A stretch of 64,000 nt of DNA from a bacterium (GTDB lineage: Bacteria; Arandabacterota; Arandabacteria; Arandabacterales; Arandabacteraceae), in contig JAOZOU010000004.1 in assembly GCA_029933125.1 (NCBI GenBank), positions 7,240 through 71,239 on the forward strand. Reading direction: 5' to 3'. The notes under the pieces are model-generated. The model did not search any database and was not told the origin of the DNA. It worked only from the letters and a program-made list of their open reading frames with translations. Positions 19,885-28,385 of the stretch are shown in pieces; within the stretch, counting starts at the first letter, position 1; every line of letters begins with the position of its first letter. The position numbers and the translations under genes are program-made.

Positions 19885-19958
19885 TGAGGCAGAGGTCTCT
19901 GCTCCTACAACGTGAGGAGTTCCGCCTTTAGCACTGGGAGGTTACAGCCGCGACGACC

Positions 19959-20189
19959 GTGTGTCCGCAGTGTATTGATTGCAGGCATTTCGATAGGGAG
20001 AAGTTAGTGCGGAAGGCATTTCCGCAGGGGATACCAGAGGCTATTTTGAGCAATGAGTTGCCGCACGATCCGCCCTATCCGGGAGACAACGGCATACGCT
20101 TTGAGCCAGTTCCAGGCGTTAAGCGGGGTAACCCCATAATCGATCAGCTTCGAAGGGCATACGAAGAAAACAGTGAGAAGAGTATGTAA
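19959..20189 (+). CDS. Small phage-type Cys/His protein (CxxCxH...AFPxGIP...H..PYPGDNGIRFEP), possibly decaying
   Basis: Pattern recalled from prophage small proteins; the Cys usually before xAFP is Arg here; GGAGG RBS is far from the GTG. Confidence 0.55.
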   Translation: MCPQCIDCRHFDREKLVRKAFPQGIPEAILSNELPHDPPYPGDNGIRFEPVPGVKRGNPIIDQLRRAYEENSEKSM

Positions 20190-20218
20190 TCCCCACAATC
20201 CACGCATCCACTTACAAA

Positions 20219-20464
20219 CTACAGGTCGTCGAAGTCAAGGGCACCGAGGTCGTCACCGAAGAAGATGTCACCCAGTCCCATAGCCATGATATCGTAGTAG
20301 TCGAGATCACCAATTATTGTATCTTCCTCAGCAGACTTCTGGCATTTGGGATGAACCCATCTATCGCCAACGCGGACAGCACATTGGGGACAAAGTGATG
20401 AGAAACAGACGGTGCAGAAAAGAGTCTTCTCGACGCCGTGAATGGGGCAGCGATTCTGTCCCAT
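20219..20464 (-). CDS. Small B-box-like Zn-finger protein with acidic tail
   Basis: CPIH..CTVC..LCPQC..HPKC; RBS GGAGGTGAGG; Asp-rich C-terminus. Confidence 0.7.
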   Translation of the reverse strand: MGQNRCPIHGVEKTLFCTVCFSSLCPQCAVRVGDRWVHPKCQKSAEEDTIIGDLDYYDIMAMGLGDIFFGDDLGALDFDDL

Positions 20465-20679
20465 AATGCCTCACCTCCCCAATCTCAGCGCGAAATTCAG
20501 ATAGCCGACAACCACCCGCGCTCTAATCTAGTTTCGTCTATTCTCGTGTTGAAGGCAAATGTTTTTGTCTTGCCTGGGTAGGCACATCTTCCACTCACAA
20601 GTTTTGGCACTCCATCACCCTTCTTGTCTCTAGAAGCAGCCTATGCCGTCTTAATGAGAGTGGTCTTCGAAATAAGTGC

Positions 20680-20727
20680 TTGACATACCGGGCCCCGGCT
20701 TATTAAGTATTTAAGCAGATACTAATA
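20680..20727 (+). promoter_or_regulatory. Sigma70 promoter with imperfect inverted repeat (probable ArsR operator)
   Basis: TTGACA at 20680; TATTAAGTATTTAAGCAGATACTAATA imperfect palindrome just before arsR. Confidence 0.5.
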
Positions 20728-20735
20728 GAGGTCCC

Positions 20736-21098
20736 ATGGAGATCGATAAAGCCATACTTGATGACACTGAGAGGCAGGCGGCGCTCTACGCCGCCTTGAG
20801 CGATCCAACACGCCTGAGACTTGTCTGGCTTCTAAGCCATCAACCATCAAAGGCGGCGCTTTGTGTCAATGCACTTGCAAAGATTCTTGGGGTTTCCCAA
20901 TCGGCCATCTCCCAGCATCTGCGTGTACTTAAGAGTGTTGGATTGGTACGGGGCGAGCGGCGCGGCTTCCGCATCCACTATTTCATAAACTCAGCAGGAT
21001 TGGCTGACTTGAAGAGGCTGAATCGAAGCCTCTTTGGGAAGTGTTGGCCTGGGCGGAGATGCAGGCGAGCATCAAAGAAGGCCAAGGCTAAAAGATAG
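20736..21098 (+). CDS. ArsR/SmtB family transcriptional regulator
   Basis: ALSDPTRLRL, LCV, SQSAISQHLRVL, ERRG..IHY. Confidence 0.93.
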   Translation: MEIDKAILDDTERQAALYAALSDPTRLRLVWLLSHQPSKAALCVNALAKILGVSQSAISQHLRVLKSVGLVRGERRGFRIHYFINSAGLADLKRLNRSLFGKCWPGRRCRRASKKAKAKR

Positions 21099-21271
21099 AA
21101 AAGGCAGGCGGAGCAAGCAAGAAAGACAGATGGCAATTCCACTCCACAGGGCCTTCCTAGAGGCGGGATCCTCTAGATGGCTGAGATGAATTTGGATGAG
21201 AAAGATGATGGGCTTCGAAGGAGAGGACGGACTGGAACGGAGGAGAGACACTAAGAAAGGAGGGAAAAGTT

Positions 21272-21484
21272 ATGTGTTGTGATGAAACATCTTTTCGCCA
21301 TGGGGCAGGCATGCACAGATCTGGACACGCGCATGGTGGTTGCTGTTGCCATCCAGGTCTTGGCGAGCGTCGATTCTGGACGAAAGAGGAGATAATCAAA
21401 GAGCTCGAGGGCTATCTTGAGCAACTCAGGGCGGAGGCCCGGGGCGTTGAAGAAGAGATAGCACGTCTTAAGTCCCAAACATAG
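21272..21484 (+). CDS. Small Cys/His-rich coiled-coil protein (DUF5320-like)
   Basis: MCC..H..H..HAHGGCCCH, then RRFWTKEE...coiled coil; RBS AAGGAGG. Confidence 0.75.
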   Translation: MCCDETSFRHGAGMHRSGHAHGGCCCHPGLGERRFWTKEEIIKELEGYLEQLRAEARGVEEEIARLKSQT

Positions 21485-21739
21485 GTGTCGGGCTGGACCG
21501 ATGAATCTGGGTCTAGCGGCTACTCCCGCATGGTAAGACGTTGAGAGCAAGCTTCCTAGGGCAATTTCTATGGCAGGCTCCAGGTGCAATCTTTAGAAGA
21601 AGCGCCGCAGAACTATTTCTTCATAAAGAAAGCTCGCAAGCACAGTCTTAAGAACGATATTTCAAGAATCCTCTCTTGAGGATTGGTTCTTTAGCACAAT
21701 GCTAGCAACACGTTTGCAACAATCTCCCTCTGACAAGCC

Positions 21740-23293
21740 CTACCGCGTCACTACAATGGTGCCAGCTGGTTCATTGTCTCCTGCTCGCACCCTGCAATAG
21801 TAGATGCCCGGCGAAACCCTTCTACCGAGTTCATCTTCGAGGTTCCAGCGGAAAATCGTTTCCTCGCCTACTTCCCTTCCAGTAAGTCTTTGTACAAGTC
21901 TTCCTTCGACATTGTAAATCATAGCTTCAACCGCTTCGTGAGGCTTTGCACTCCAAAGCCCTGGAGACTTTGCGCTCCCCGAGCCCGCAGACTTCCCCCA
22001 CGCTGCGCACCCCTCTTCCAATCTTGCCTGGTTTCTCACAACAACAGCTTGGGTGCTTGTCGGATTTGGCATGATGATAAGACGTGACAGCTGGGGTGAT
22101 ATGCGTTCAACACCTGCCCAGGGAATCTGAACAAATTCGAGATCGAAGGGAGGAAGACCAACATCTATTTTTGTGATAATGGTGTCCGTACTTGCATCAT
22201 ATATCCTCATTCCCGGTTGAGTGAGGTTGCGATCACAAAGGTAGATTTCACCCTGGCGATTGGCTTCTATTGATGCAAGAGATGAACCTGTCCCCGATGT
22301 TTGGACATAAAGTGTATCAATCACGTTGCCTGCCGCTGGATCAAAACTGACAAGTCTTGCATAGTTGTCTGGCCAGGGAAGGGTGTCGAGAAGGACTGCA
22401 TAACCTTTGCCCTGAGGTGTAAGGAGGGCGTCTGAGATGTCGCCACCGAGATCAGCTTCTGAGACAAGAGTCACTGAGGTGAGCTGACAGGGATCTATCG
22501 AAGCTACACCACCAAGGAGATCTCCCCATGCTCCGAGACAGCCGACAATGAGCTTCCCGCTGCAAGGTTCATAGCGCAGCTCAGAATACGGATTGGGAAG
22601 GTCAAGAACTATGGGCTGGATGCCTGGTAAGCCTGGATCGCAATCCACAAGTGTATCTGCCTGGATATCTATGACTGCAACCTTACCGGGTCCATTTGGA
22701 AGCCACGTCGAGTGATCGATGCAATTTAAGGTTACAAAGAGACGATCACTCACTATTTCCATGCGATCCATCTCCGGGATGCCGTCACTGTCGGCGAAGA
22801 CGGAGAGATCTATGACGCCGAGGGAGTCACCGCTATGAGGATTCACAATCAAGAGCGTTTTCCATTCGAAGCGGCTCACATAGGCTTTTGTAGAACTGGC
22901 AAGGCGAATGTCGTGAGGATTTGAACCGTTGCCGACAGAATACTGAGCAATTGTAGTGAAATCTGCCTGGGGATCGATGACCTGAATGTTATCAGCAAGG
23001 TAGCGATTTATTACGAAGACCATGCCTTCGCCTGGATCATAATGAACGACTGGATCAGTGCTTACTGTACCAATGTTGATATGGGTTGTGCGCGGTGGAA
23101 CAACCTCGATTGTGGAATAATAGGCTGCAGAATAGAAGTCAGTCGTAACCACAAATGCATATTCGGTTTGTGCTTGAGCAATAGATACCAGACTTAAGGT
23201 GCTTAAGGCGAAACACACAAGACCCATGGAGAATGGGAAACTTGAATTGAGCAACCTTCTAAGCCTCATATTTCTCGTTGTACTATCTTTCAT
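21740..23293 (-). CDS. Secreted beta-propeller protein (YncE/BtuG-like) with C-terminal FlgD/T9SS-like domain
   Basis: Signal peptide (AQA), NPHDI/KAYV/LFV propeller blades, PNP...IYNVEGRLV...W..GRRVSPGIYY; downstream of btuB. Confidence 0.75.
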   Translation of the reverse strand: MKDSTTRNMRLRRLLNSSFPFSMGLVCFALSTLSLVSIAQAQTEYAFVVTTDFYSAAYYSTIEVVPPRTTHINIGTVSTDPVVHYDPGEGMVFVINRYLADNIQVIDPQADFTTIAQYSVGNGSNPHDIRLASSTKAYVSRFEWKTLLIVNPHSGDSLGVIDLSVFADSDGIPEMDRMEIVSDRLFVTLNCIDHSTWLPNGPGKVAVIDIQADTLVDCDPGLPGIQPIVLDLPNPYSELRYEPCSGKLIVGCLGAWGDLLGGVASIDPCQLTSVTLVSEADLGGDISDALLTPQGKGYAVLLDTLPWPDNYARLVSFDPAAGNVIDTLYVQTSGTGSSLASIEANRQGEIYLCDRNLTQPGMRIYDASTDTIITKIDVGLPPFDLEFVQIPWAGVERISPQLSRLIIMPNPTSTQAVVVRNQARLEEGCAAWGKSAGSGSAKSPGLWSAKPHEAVEAMIYNVEGRLVQRLTGREVGEETIFRWNLEDELGRRVSPGIYYCRVRAGDNEPAGTIVVTR

Positions 23294-23615
23294 GCTTTCC
23301 TCCTTCGCTCTTTCCGCGTCCTGTGTTTTCCTTCATCATGTTTTCCTCGTTGCACGGATTTCCTACATGGACAGAGCTTGGGCTTCGAGGCTCCAAGCGA
23401 TTGCCCAGCCCGGAGCGATTGCCCAGCTGTAAGCCCCGTGAAGACCCAGCCCCTTCCGAGTTCCAAGCCTTTTCGGTTCTTATGCCATTTTTGTATGGCA
23501 AACTCCGGTGCTTTCCCATCGCCACTTCCTCAAAGAGCGGGCAACACATGTTGAAAACACCCGGAGTCACACCCAAAGTCCATCGCTACCTTCCCGATCT
23601 CTTGCTCTTCACGCA

Positions 23616-25655
23616 TCACCGTAGTTTGAAATCACAAGTGAATGTGAAGGATCTTCCAGGAAGTGGATAACCTATTACGTCCTCATATTGTCTGTCCGTT
23701 AGATTCACTACATCCACTGAGAATTTCGTCCTCCGGCCAAGTTTCAAGCTCACACCTGCATTGTGAACCTTGCGTTCGGGCACAAGCGCACCCTTGTTGT
23801 TGGGCGCGCGGTCGTTGGCAGCATTCCAGTAATTGCCCGATATGTGGTCATATTCGTAATAAAGGCCAAGGTGGGAGCCATGCCAGGCAATCTTTCCAGA
23901 AGCCTCAATGTCAGGTCGATTTGGAAGCTTCTTGCCATGCATGTAACTTATCGGGCCTGTATTTACAGCATTGAGGTGCGTAAGATTAAGGTTAAAGGAA
24001 AAACCATGCCAGCCTGCCATCGAAAGAGCAACTTCAAGACCTTCTATGTCTGCACTATTTATATTCGTGGCTTGCGATGTTTGGGCGAAGGGAACGAATA
24101 CATACATTATGAGATCGGAGACATCAGACCAGAAATAGGAGGCCTCAAGTCTTACATTGGAAAGCCCGAAGCCTCGTTCCCAGATGATGCCAAGATCCCG
24201 ATTGAAGCCCTGCTCAGGAACAAGTGAAGGATTAGGGAGTGTGAAACCTCGATATCCGAAGAGCTCCATGAGGCTAGGTGTACGATAGTATCTTCCAAGA
24301 TTCGCCTTCAGCGTCATGCCATCGAAAGGGGATACTGCAATCCCTAGGGATGGAGCAAAAAGGATGTGAGTAATTGTGGTATCGACAAGGCTACGGTTGT
24401 AGGTCACCATGTCACGCCTCACACTCTCAAAGGGCTGGGTTCGATCACTATATCTTTCAAGCCTTGCAGATGGGACAATGTGGAGGGGACGTGAGACAAT
24501 CTCATCCTCAATGGTGACAATAAAGCTTGTCCGTGACTGCCTTTCACCTTTCACAGTCACAAGGAATTTTTCAGTCGGCTGAAAGCTTTCACAACTTACC
24601 TCGAGCATGCCCTTCATGATCTGGTGAAAGCGTAGAAGTGGGAGATGCCAGCGCAGATTGACTCCATAGGAGATGGTGTGCGTAGTTTCGTCCGGCTTAA
24701 CCCCTGGCCCTTTGGGACGGAGATCGAGAAATGTATCATTCTGGTACAGGTAGAAAGCTCCAGCCTGGAATGGAATATAAGAGTCGGCCTGGTGCCAACC
24801 AAGATGGGCAAGGTTGTAGGTGCGCCTCATGCGCCGACTTCTTGACTGGAAGGCGCTATATCCTGGAAGACCTTGTTCACGATGATAGAACTGATTGGAG
24901 ATGACAAGCCTTCCCCTGGCAGTCCTGTGCATCAGCTTAATGAGAGATTCGTATTCAGTGAGGTCGTTGTTGATGCGCCGCGCTATCTCATCATCATCGG
25001 GGTTGTAAGGTGTTCCGTTGTCATCAAGGAACTCAAAGTCGCCCTTTGTCGAGAGAACTCTTGCTGTTGCGAGGGCATCCCATTTGCCAACGTGAGAATA
25101 CGATGCCTCGAGGCGCCTTGTTGAAAAGGATCCGTAGGATACTGACAAGGAAGCATGGTCATCTCTGGGTGAACGAGTTACGAGATTTATCACCCCACCG
25201 ATTGAACTTCCCGAAAGATCATAGGGTCCAAAGCCTCGATAGATCTCAATACGCTCAAGTGAGCCAACCGGCAGGTTAGCAAGATCGATAATTCCTGACT
25301 GTGCCTGGCTTAAAGGGATCCCATCTATGAAGATACGTACCTGTTTGGCTGAAGCTCCCCTTATTGAGGCTGTACTATAGGCGCCATAGCCTCCGGTTGA
25401 TTTCACATGGCATCCAACTGTGCTCGAGAGATAGTCGGCTGCGCTTGAGATCCTTCTGCTCCCATCATCCATTGGTATGATGCTGATGAAGCCAGGACGG
25501 CTCTTGAGCTCTTCAAGTGTGCTCGGCCTCTCTGCCTCGACAATGATTTCAGGGACTTCAAAGATGCTGTCTCGCAATGCTATTGAAAGAGGAGAAGCAC
25601 TCAAACGTAGGGAAACTAGAACTGTAGCAAGAGCTATTAAGAGTGTCCGCTTCAC
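23616..25655 (-). CDS. btuB: TonB-dependent receptor, probable cobalamin transporter BtuB
   Basis: EIIVEAER TonB box, SIRG, IDGIP, ERIEIYRG, GGVINLVT plug, NPSLxPE, GYPLPGRSF C-terminus; B12 riboswitch upstream; start GTG 25655. Confidence 0.85.
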   Translation of the reverse strand: MKRTLLIALATVLVSLRLSASPLSIALRDSIFEVPEIIVEAERPSTLEELKSRPGFISIIPMDDGSRRISSAADYLSSTVGCHVKSTGGYGAYSTASIRGASAKQVRIFIDGIPLSQAQSGIIDLANLPVGSLERIEIYRGFGPYDLSGSSIGGVINLVTRSPRDDHASLSVSYGSFSTRRLEASYSHVGKWDALATARVLSTKGDFEFLDDNGTPYNPDDDEIARRINNDLTEYESLIKLMHRTARGRLVISNQFYHREQGLPGYSAFQSRSRRMRRTYNLAHLGWHQADSYIPFQAGAFYLYQNDTFLDLRPKGPGVKPDETTHTISYGVNLRWHLPLLRFHQIMKGMLEVSCESFQPTEKFLVTVKGERQSRTSFIVTIEDEIVSRPLHIVPSARLERYSDRTQPFESVRRDMVTYNRSLVDTTITHILFAPSLGIAVSPFDGMTLKANLGRYYRTPSLMELFGYRGFTLPNPSLVPEQGFNRDLGIIWERGFGLSNVRLEASYFWSDVSDLIMYVFVPFAQTSQATNINSADIEGLEVALSMAGWHGFSFNLNLTHLNAVNTGPISYMHGKKLPNRPDIEASGKIAWHGSHLGLYYEYDHISGNYWNAANDRAPNNKGALVPERKVHNAGVSLKLGRRTKFSVDVVNLTDRQYEDVIGYPLPGRSFTFTCDFKLR

Positions 25656-25701
25656 CAAAGAACCCTCGCTTAGTGTACGGTTTCCCATGCAGGTTCGGGG
25701 C

Positions 25702-25740
25702 AAACAAAATCCCGATCCTCGCCTCCAAAGAGATCGGGTT
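25702..25740 (-). terminator. Riboswitch expression-platform intrinsic terminator
   Basis: Minus strand: CCCGATC-loop-GATCGGG followed by ATTTTGTTT. Confidence 0.65.
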
Positions 25741-25773
25741 GCCCATCTCTTTGTCCTCGAAGAGTTGCATGGG

Positions 25774-25945
25774 CGTCTCCCGGCAGGTCTCCTGACTTAT
25801 GGCTCAAGCGCCCTGGTTCACCTTCCAGGCGAGGCAGCCCGTGGTCTGCCGAACCAGTGCTCGCCAATCACAGTGGCGGGACCGTGGAGGAATCACACCT
25901 CACTTCCCTTTTGAGTCCTTGCGGACACCAAGAGACTACTATTCA
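25774..25945 (-). ncRNA. Cobalamin (AdoCbl) riboswitch
   Basis: Minus strand: GGTGTCC..AAAAGGGAAGTGAGGTGTGATTCCTCCACGGTCCCGCCACTGTG..CCACGGG..GGAAGG..AAGTCAGGAGACCTGCC (B12 box). Confidence 0.95.
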
Positions 25946-25958
25946 GTTTTGCAACCGA

Positions 25959-25988
25959 AGGTTAGCATGGGTAAGGCTCCCGAGTCAA
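25959..25988 (-). promoter_or_regulatory. Sigma70 promoter of the btuB operon
   Basis: Minus strand: TTGACT-N18-TAACCT with extended TG. Confidence 0.55.
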
Positions 25989-26105
25989 GGATTTTTTGAA
26001 AGTGGAGGGTCGCTAACCGAGAACCTGAGCCGAAAAAACTCGACCAGTGATCATTCCAGCCAGATTTTCTTGAGCAAGCGGCGATCTCCTGGGCTCCCTA
26101 CGACT

Positions 26106-26624
26106 TCACGCCGGAGGGAAGTGTTCAAACAATTTTCTTATGGCTTCAGTAAGCTTGCGCTCAAGATCCCCCGGTGAGTAGACAGCACCGACGGCGGTGC
26201 CTCGCCAGACGAGCTCCTTAAGACGGGCATCGACGATGTCAATTATCAGTGTTCCTTCCTTGTATCTGGTCACCTCAACGCGATGACCAACCCAGCGCCC
26301 ATGTGGACCGTAGCGGTAGCCGTAGTGCTCGACTTCAACCCTGTTCTTGGCACCGACATGATAGATGATGAGCAGATCTGCCTTGGGCTTGGGAACGCGC
26401 CTGAAGCCTTTAGCCATCAGCTGGTTCTCGACCGCTTCCTTGATACGAACATCAAGAAGGTGGGCGTCAATGCGTCTGCCAGGCGGGAGCTTCGGCTTGG
26501 TCTCAATCCAGGCAAAAGTCGAATACCTGCCAAAGTCAGTCTGGCTATCGTAATCGACGCTTGTACTGAGACCTGAGCAACCTGCGATAGCCAAAACGGT
26601 AAGCAACACTAAAGTGTATCTCAC
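26106..26624 (-). CDS. DUF4136 domain lipoprotein
   Basis: Lipobox IAGC; DYD..DF..Y.TFAW, YKEGTLIIDIVD..LVWRG; start GTG 26624 after AGGAGG. Confidence 0.85.
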   Translation of the reverse strand: MRYTLVLLTVLAIAGCSGLSTSVDYDSQTDFGRYSTFAWIETKPKLPPGRRIDAHLLDVRIKEAVENQLMAKGFRRVPKPKADLLIIYHVGAKNRVEVEHYGYRYGPHGRWVGHRVEVTRYKEGTLIIDIVDARLKELVWRGTAVGAVYSPGDLERKLTEAIRKLFEHFPPA

Positions 26625-26836
26625 TACAGTCCTCCTTCTAAAGCGATTCCCTTCATGCGATTTCAGTCTCTCAGTCGGTGGCATTATCATCCCACATTTG
26701 TATCATGGCAGACAAGCCTAAATCACACGATGCAGGTTGAGAGCCTCTGTCAGTCCGATGCTCACGATTTCGAACCTTCCTTGACGCTACTTGCGGGGCT
26801 TGGTAGAGTGAGCCTGGAACCAGAAGGGGGTGCGAG

Positions 26837-28342
26837 ATGAGAGCTACATGCTTGTCAAGAGTACCAAGGCTTATGGTCGCTCTGACTATCGTTGCAGTGG
26901 TGTTTTTCTCCATGACATGCGCCGAGCGACCTGCCCGCCTGCTCGGTGAACGGATATCGCATGGTAAAGGCTATCGCCTCGATGAGGAGGGAATCACTGT
27001 TGTTCACCTGCGCGGAAGCCAGGATGAGATGCGCGAGCAATATGAGGCGCTTCTTGCGGACGAGATCGCTGCGTTCACTGAAGCGGCTGCGAAGCATCGC
27101 GTGCTGCAAAGGTTTGTTGGTGGTTGCACCAATATCGCTGCCTTTGGCTCGGCTTCCGATGACGGCAGGGTCTGGCACGGACGCAATTTCGACTTTCCTG
27201 GCAACGGAGTGATGGATCGCTACCGGGCGGTTTTCATCATCGAGCCGGAGGGGGCGATTCCCTTTGTAAGTGTTGGCTGGTGCGGTCAATACCCTGAAGA
27301 TGTTCACACTGCAATGAATGCTGAGGGACTCTCCCTCGGCTACATGCATGCTGAAGCTCCTGGTGAGACGATCATGGATGCACCTTTTCTGTGGAAGATA
27401 TATCGGCGCATCATGGAGCAGGCTTCGACAATTGACGAAGCCATCGCCATCCTTGAGCGTGAACCACGAAAGGGGTCAGCAAATCTACTGCTGGCTGATG
27501 ATGAGCCACCTTATGCCGTTGTTGTGGAGATGACATCTGAGAAACTGGCTGTGCGAAAGCCACAACGAGATGTCATCTATGCAACAAACCATTTTGTGAG
27601 TGAGGAGCTCTTCTACGCTGAGAACAAGGATCCCGATACCTTTGCTCGATATGAGCGCCTGGGCGAGCTGAGCAGGACGCTCCACGGGAAGTTCAATCTG
27701 GATCGAATGGTTTCCGTACAGCGTGACCGCTACGATGTCCATCTTGGGAGGGAGGCACTTGGAGGTGACATAATTGGAACTCCTGCCAACATGCTGAGCG
27801 TGGTCTTTTGTCCAGACGATCTTACCTTCTGGGTTGCTGAGGGGAATGCGCCGGCGGCTTACAATAGATTCATAGGCTTCAGCCTCGCGGATGAACTTGA
27901 GGGCAAGCAGGCTGAATGCAGGGTTCGACACGTTCCCCAGGATGCCATTGTCGGTACTGGGGCATGGGAAGAAGTCGAAGCATTTCAGGCTGGTTGGATT
28001 GCATATCTTGAGGGGAAAGACTCGGTCGCGGTGGAGCATCTTGAGAAGGCTATGACAATAAAGCCCTGTGCAGGCTATGGCTATCATCTTGGACTTGCTC
28101 TTGCGAGTCTCAACCGACTTGACGATGCGATTGAAGCTTTTGAAGCCGGACTGGCATGTGATTCTCTGAGCTCGTTCTGCGTGCCCATCTACTTCAGGCT
28201 GGGAAGGATTTATGAGACAAGGGGTGAGACCGAGAAGATGCGAGCTACTTATCAACGCATCCTCGCGCTCGACCGGGGCGAAGGCTACATTGAGGACTAT
28301 GCAAGGCGTGCACTCGAGGCACTGTCCTCATCGAAGCGATGA
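26837..28342 (+). CDS. C45 family autoproteolytic Ntn hydrolase/acyltransferase with C-terminal TPR
   Basis: GGCT nucleophile, HGRNFDF, MNAEGL, TNHF; TPR tail. Confidence 0.85.
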   Translation: MRATCLSRVPRLMVALTIVAVVFFSMTCAERPARLLGERISHGKGYRLDEEGITVVHLRGSQDEMREQYEALLADEIAAFTEAAAKHRVLQRFVGGCTNIAAFGSASDDGRVWHGRNFDFPGNGVMDRYRAVFIIEPEGAIPFVSVGWCGQYPEDVHTAMNAEGLSLGYMHAEAPGETIMDAPFLWKIYRRIMEQASTIDEAIAILEREPRKGSANLLLADDEPPYAVVVEMTSEKLAVRKPQRDVIYATNHFVSEELFYAENKDPDTFARYERLGELSRTLHGKFNLDRMVSVQRDRYDVHLGREALGGDIIGTPANMLSVVFCPDDLTFWVAEGNAPAAYNRFIGFSLADELEGKQAECRVRHVPQDAIVGTGAWEEVEAFQAGWIAYLEGKDSVAVEHLEKAMTIKPCAGYGYHLGLALASLNRLDDAIEAFEAGLACDSLSSFCVPIYFRLGRIYETRGETEKMRATYQRILALDRGEGYIEDYARRALEALSSSKR

Positions 28343-28385
28343 CACCGCCGGAAGCTGGTCTCTTTCAAGAAGCAACTCACACGCT

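Noticed and set aside
19941-19960. Fourth CRISPR repeat at the expected period
   Set aside because: Only GTT...ACGACC is shared; too degenerate to support.
23283-23576. 97-aa minus-strand ORF, or a second cobalamin riboswitch
   Set aside because: No recognisable protein motif, weak TTG start, and the B12-box elements (GCCACTG, AGYCAGRAGACC) are absent.
27485-28255. Long antisense ORFs (256 aa here; also 59563-60294, 16858-17484, 44519-45133)
   Set aside because: They lie opposite well-supported genes and show no family motifs; expected from codon bias.
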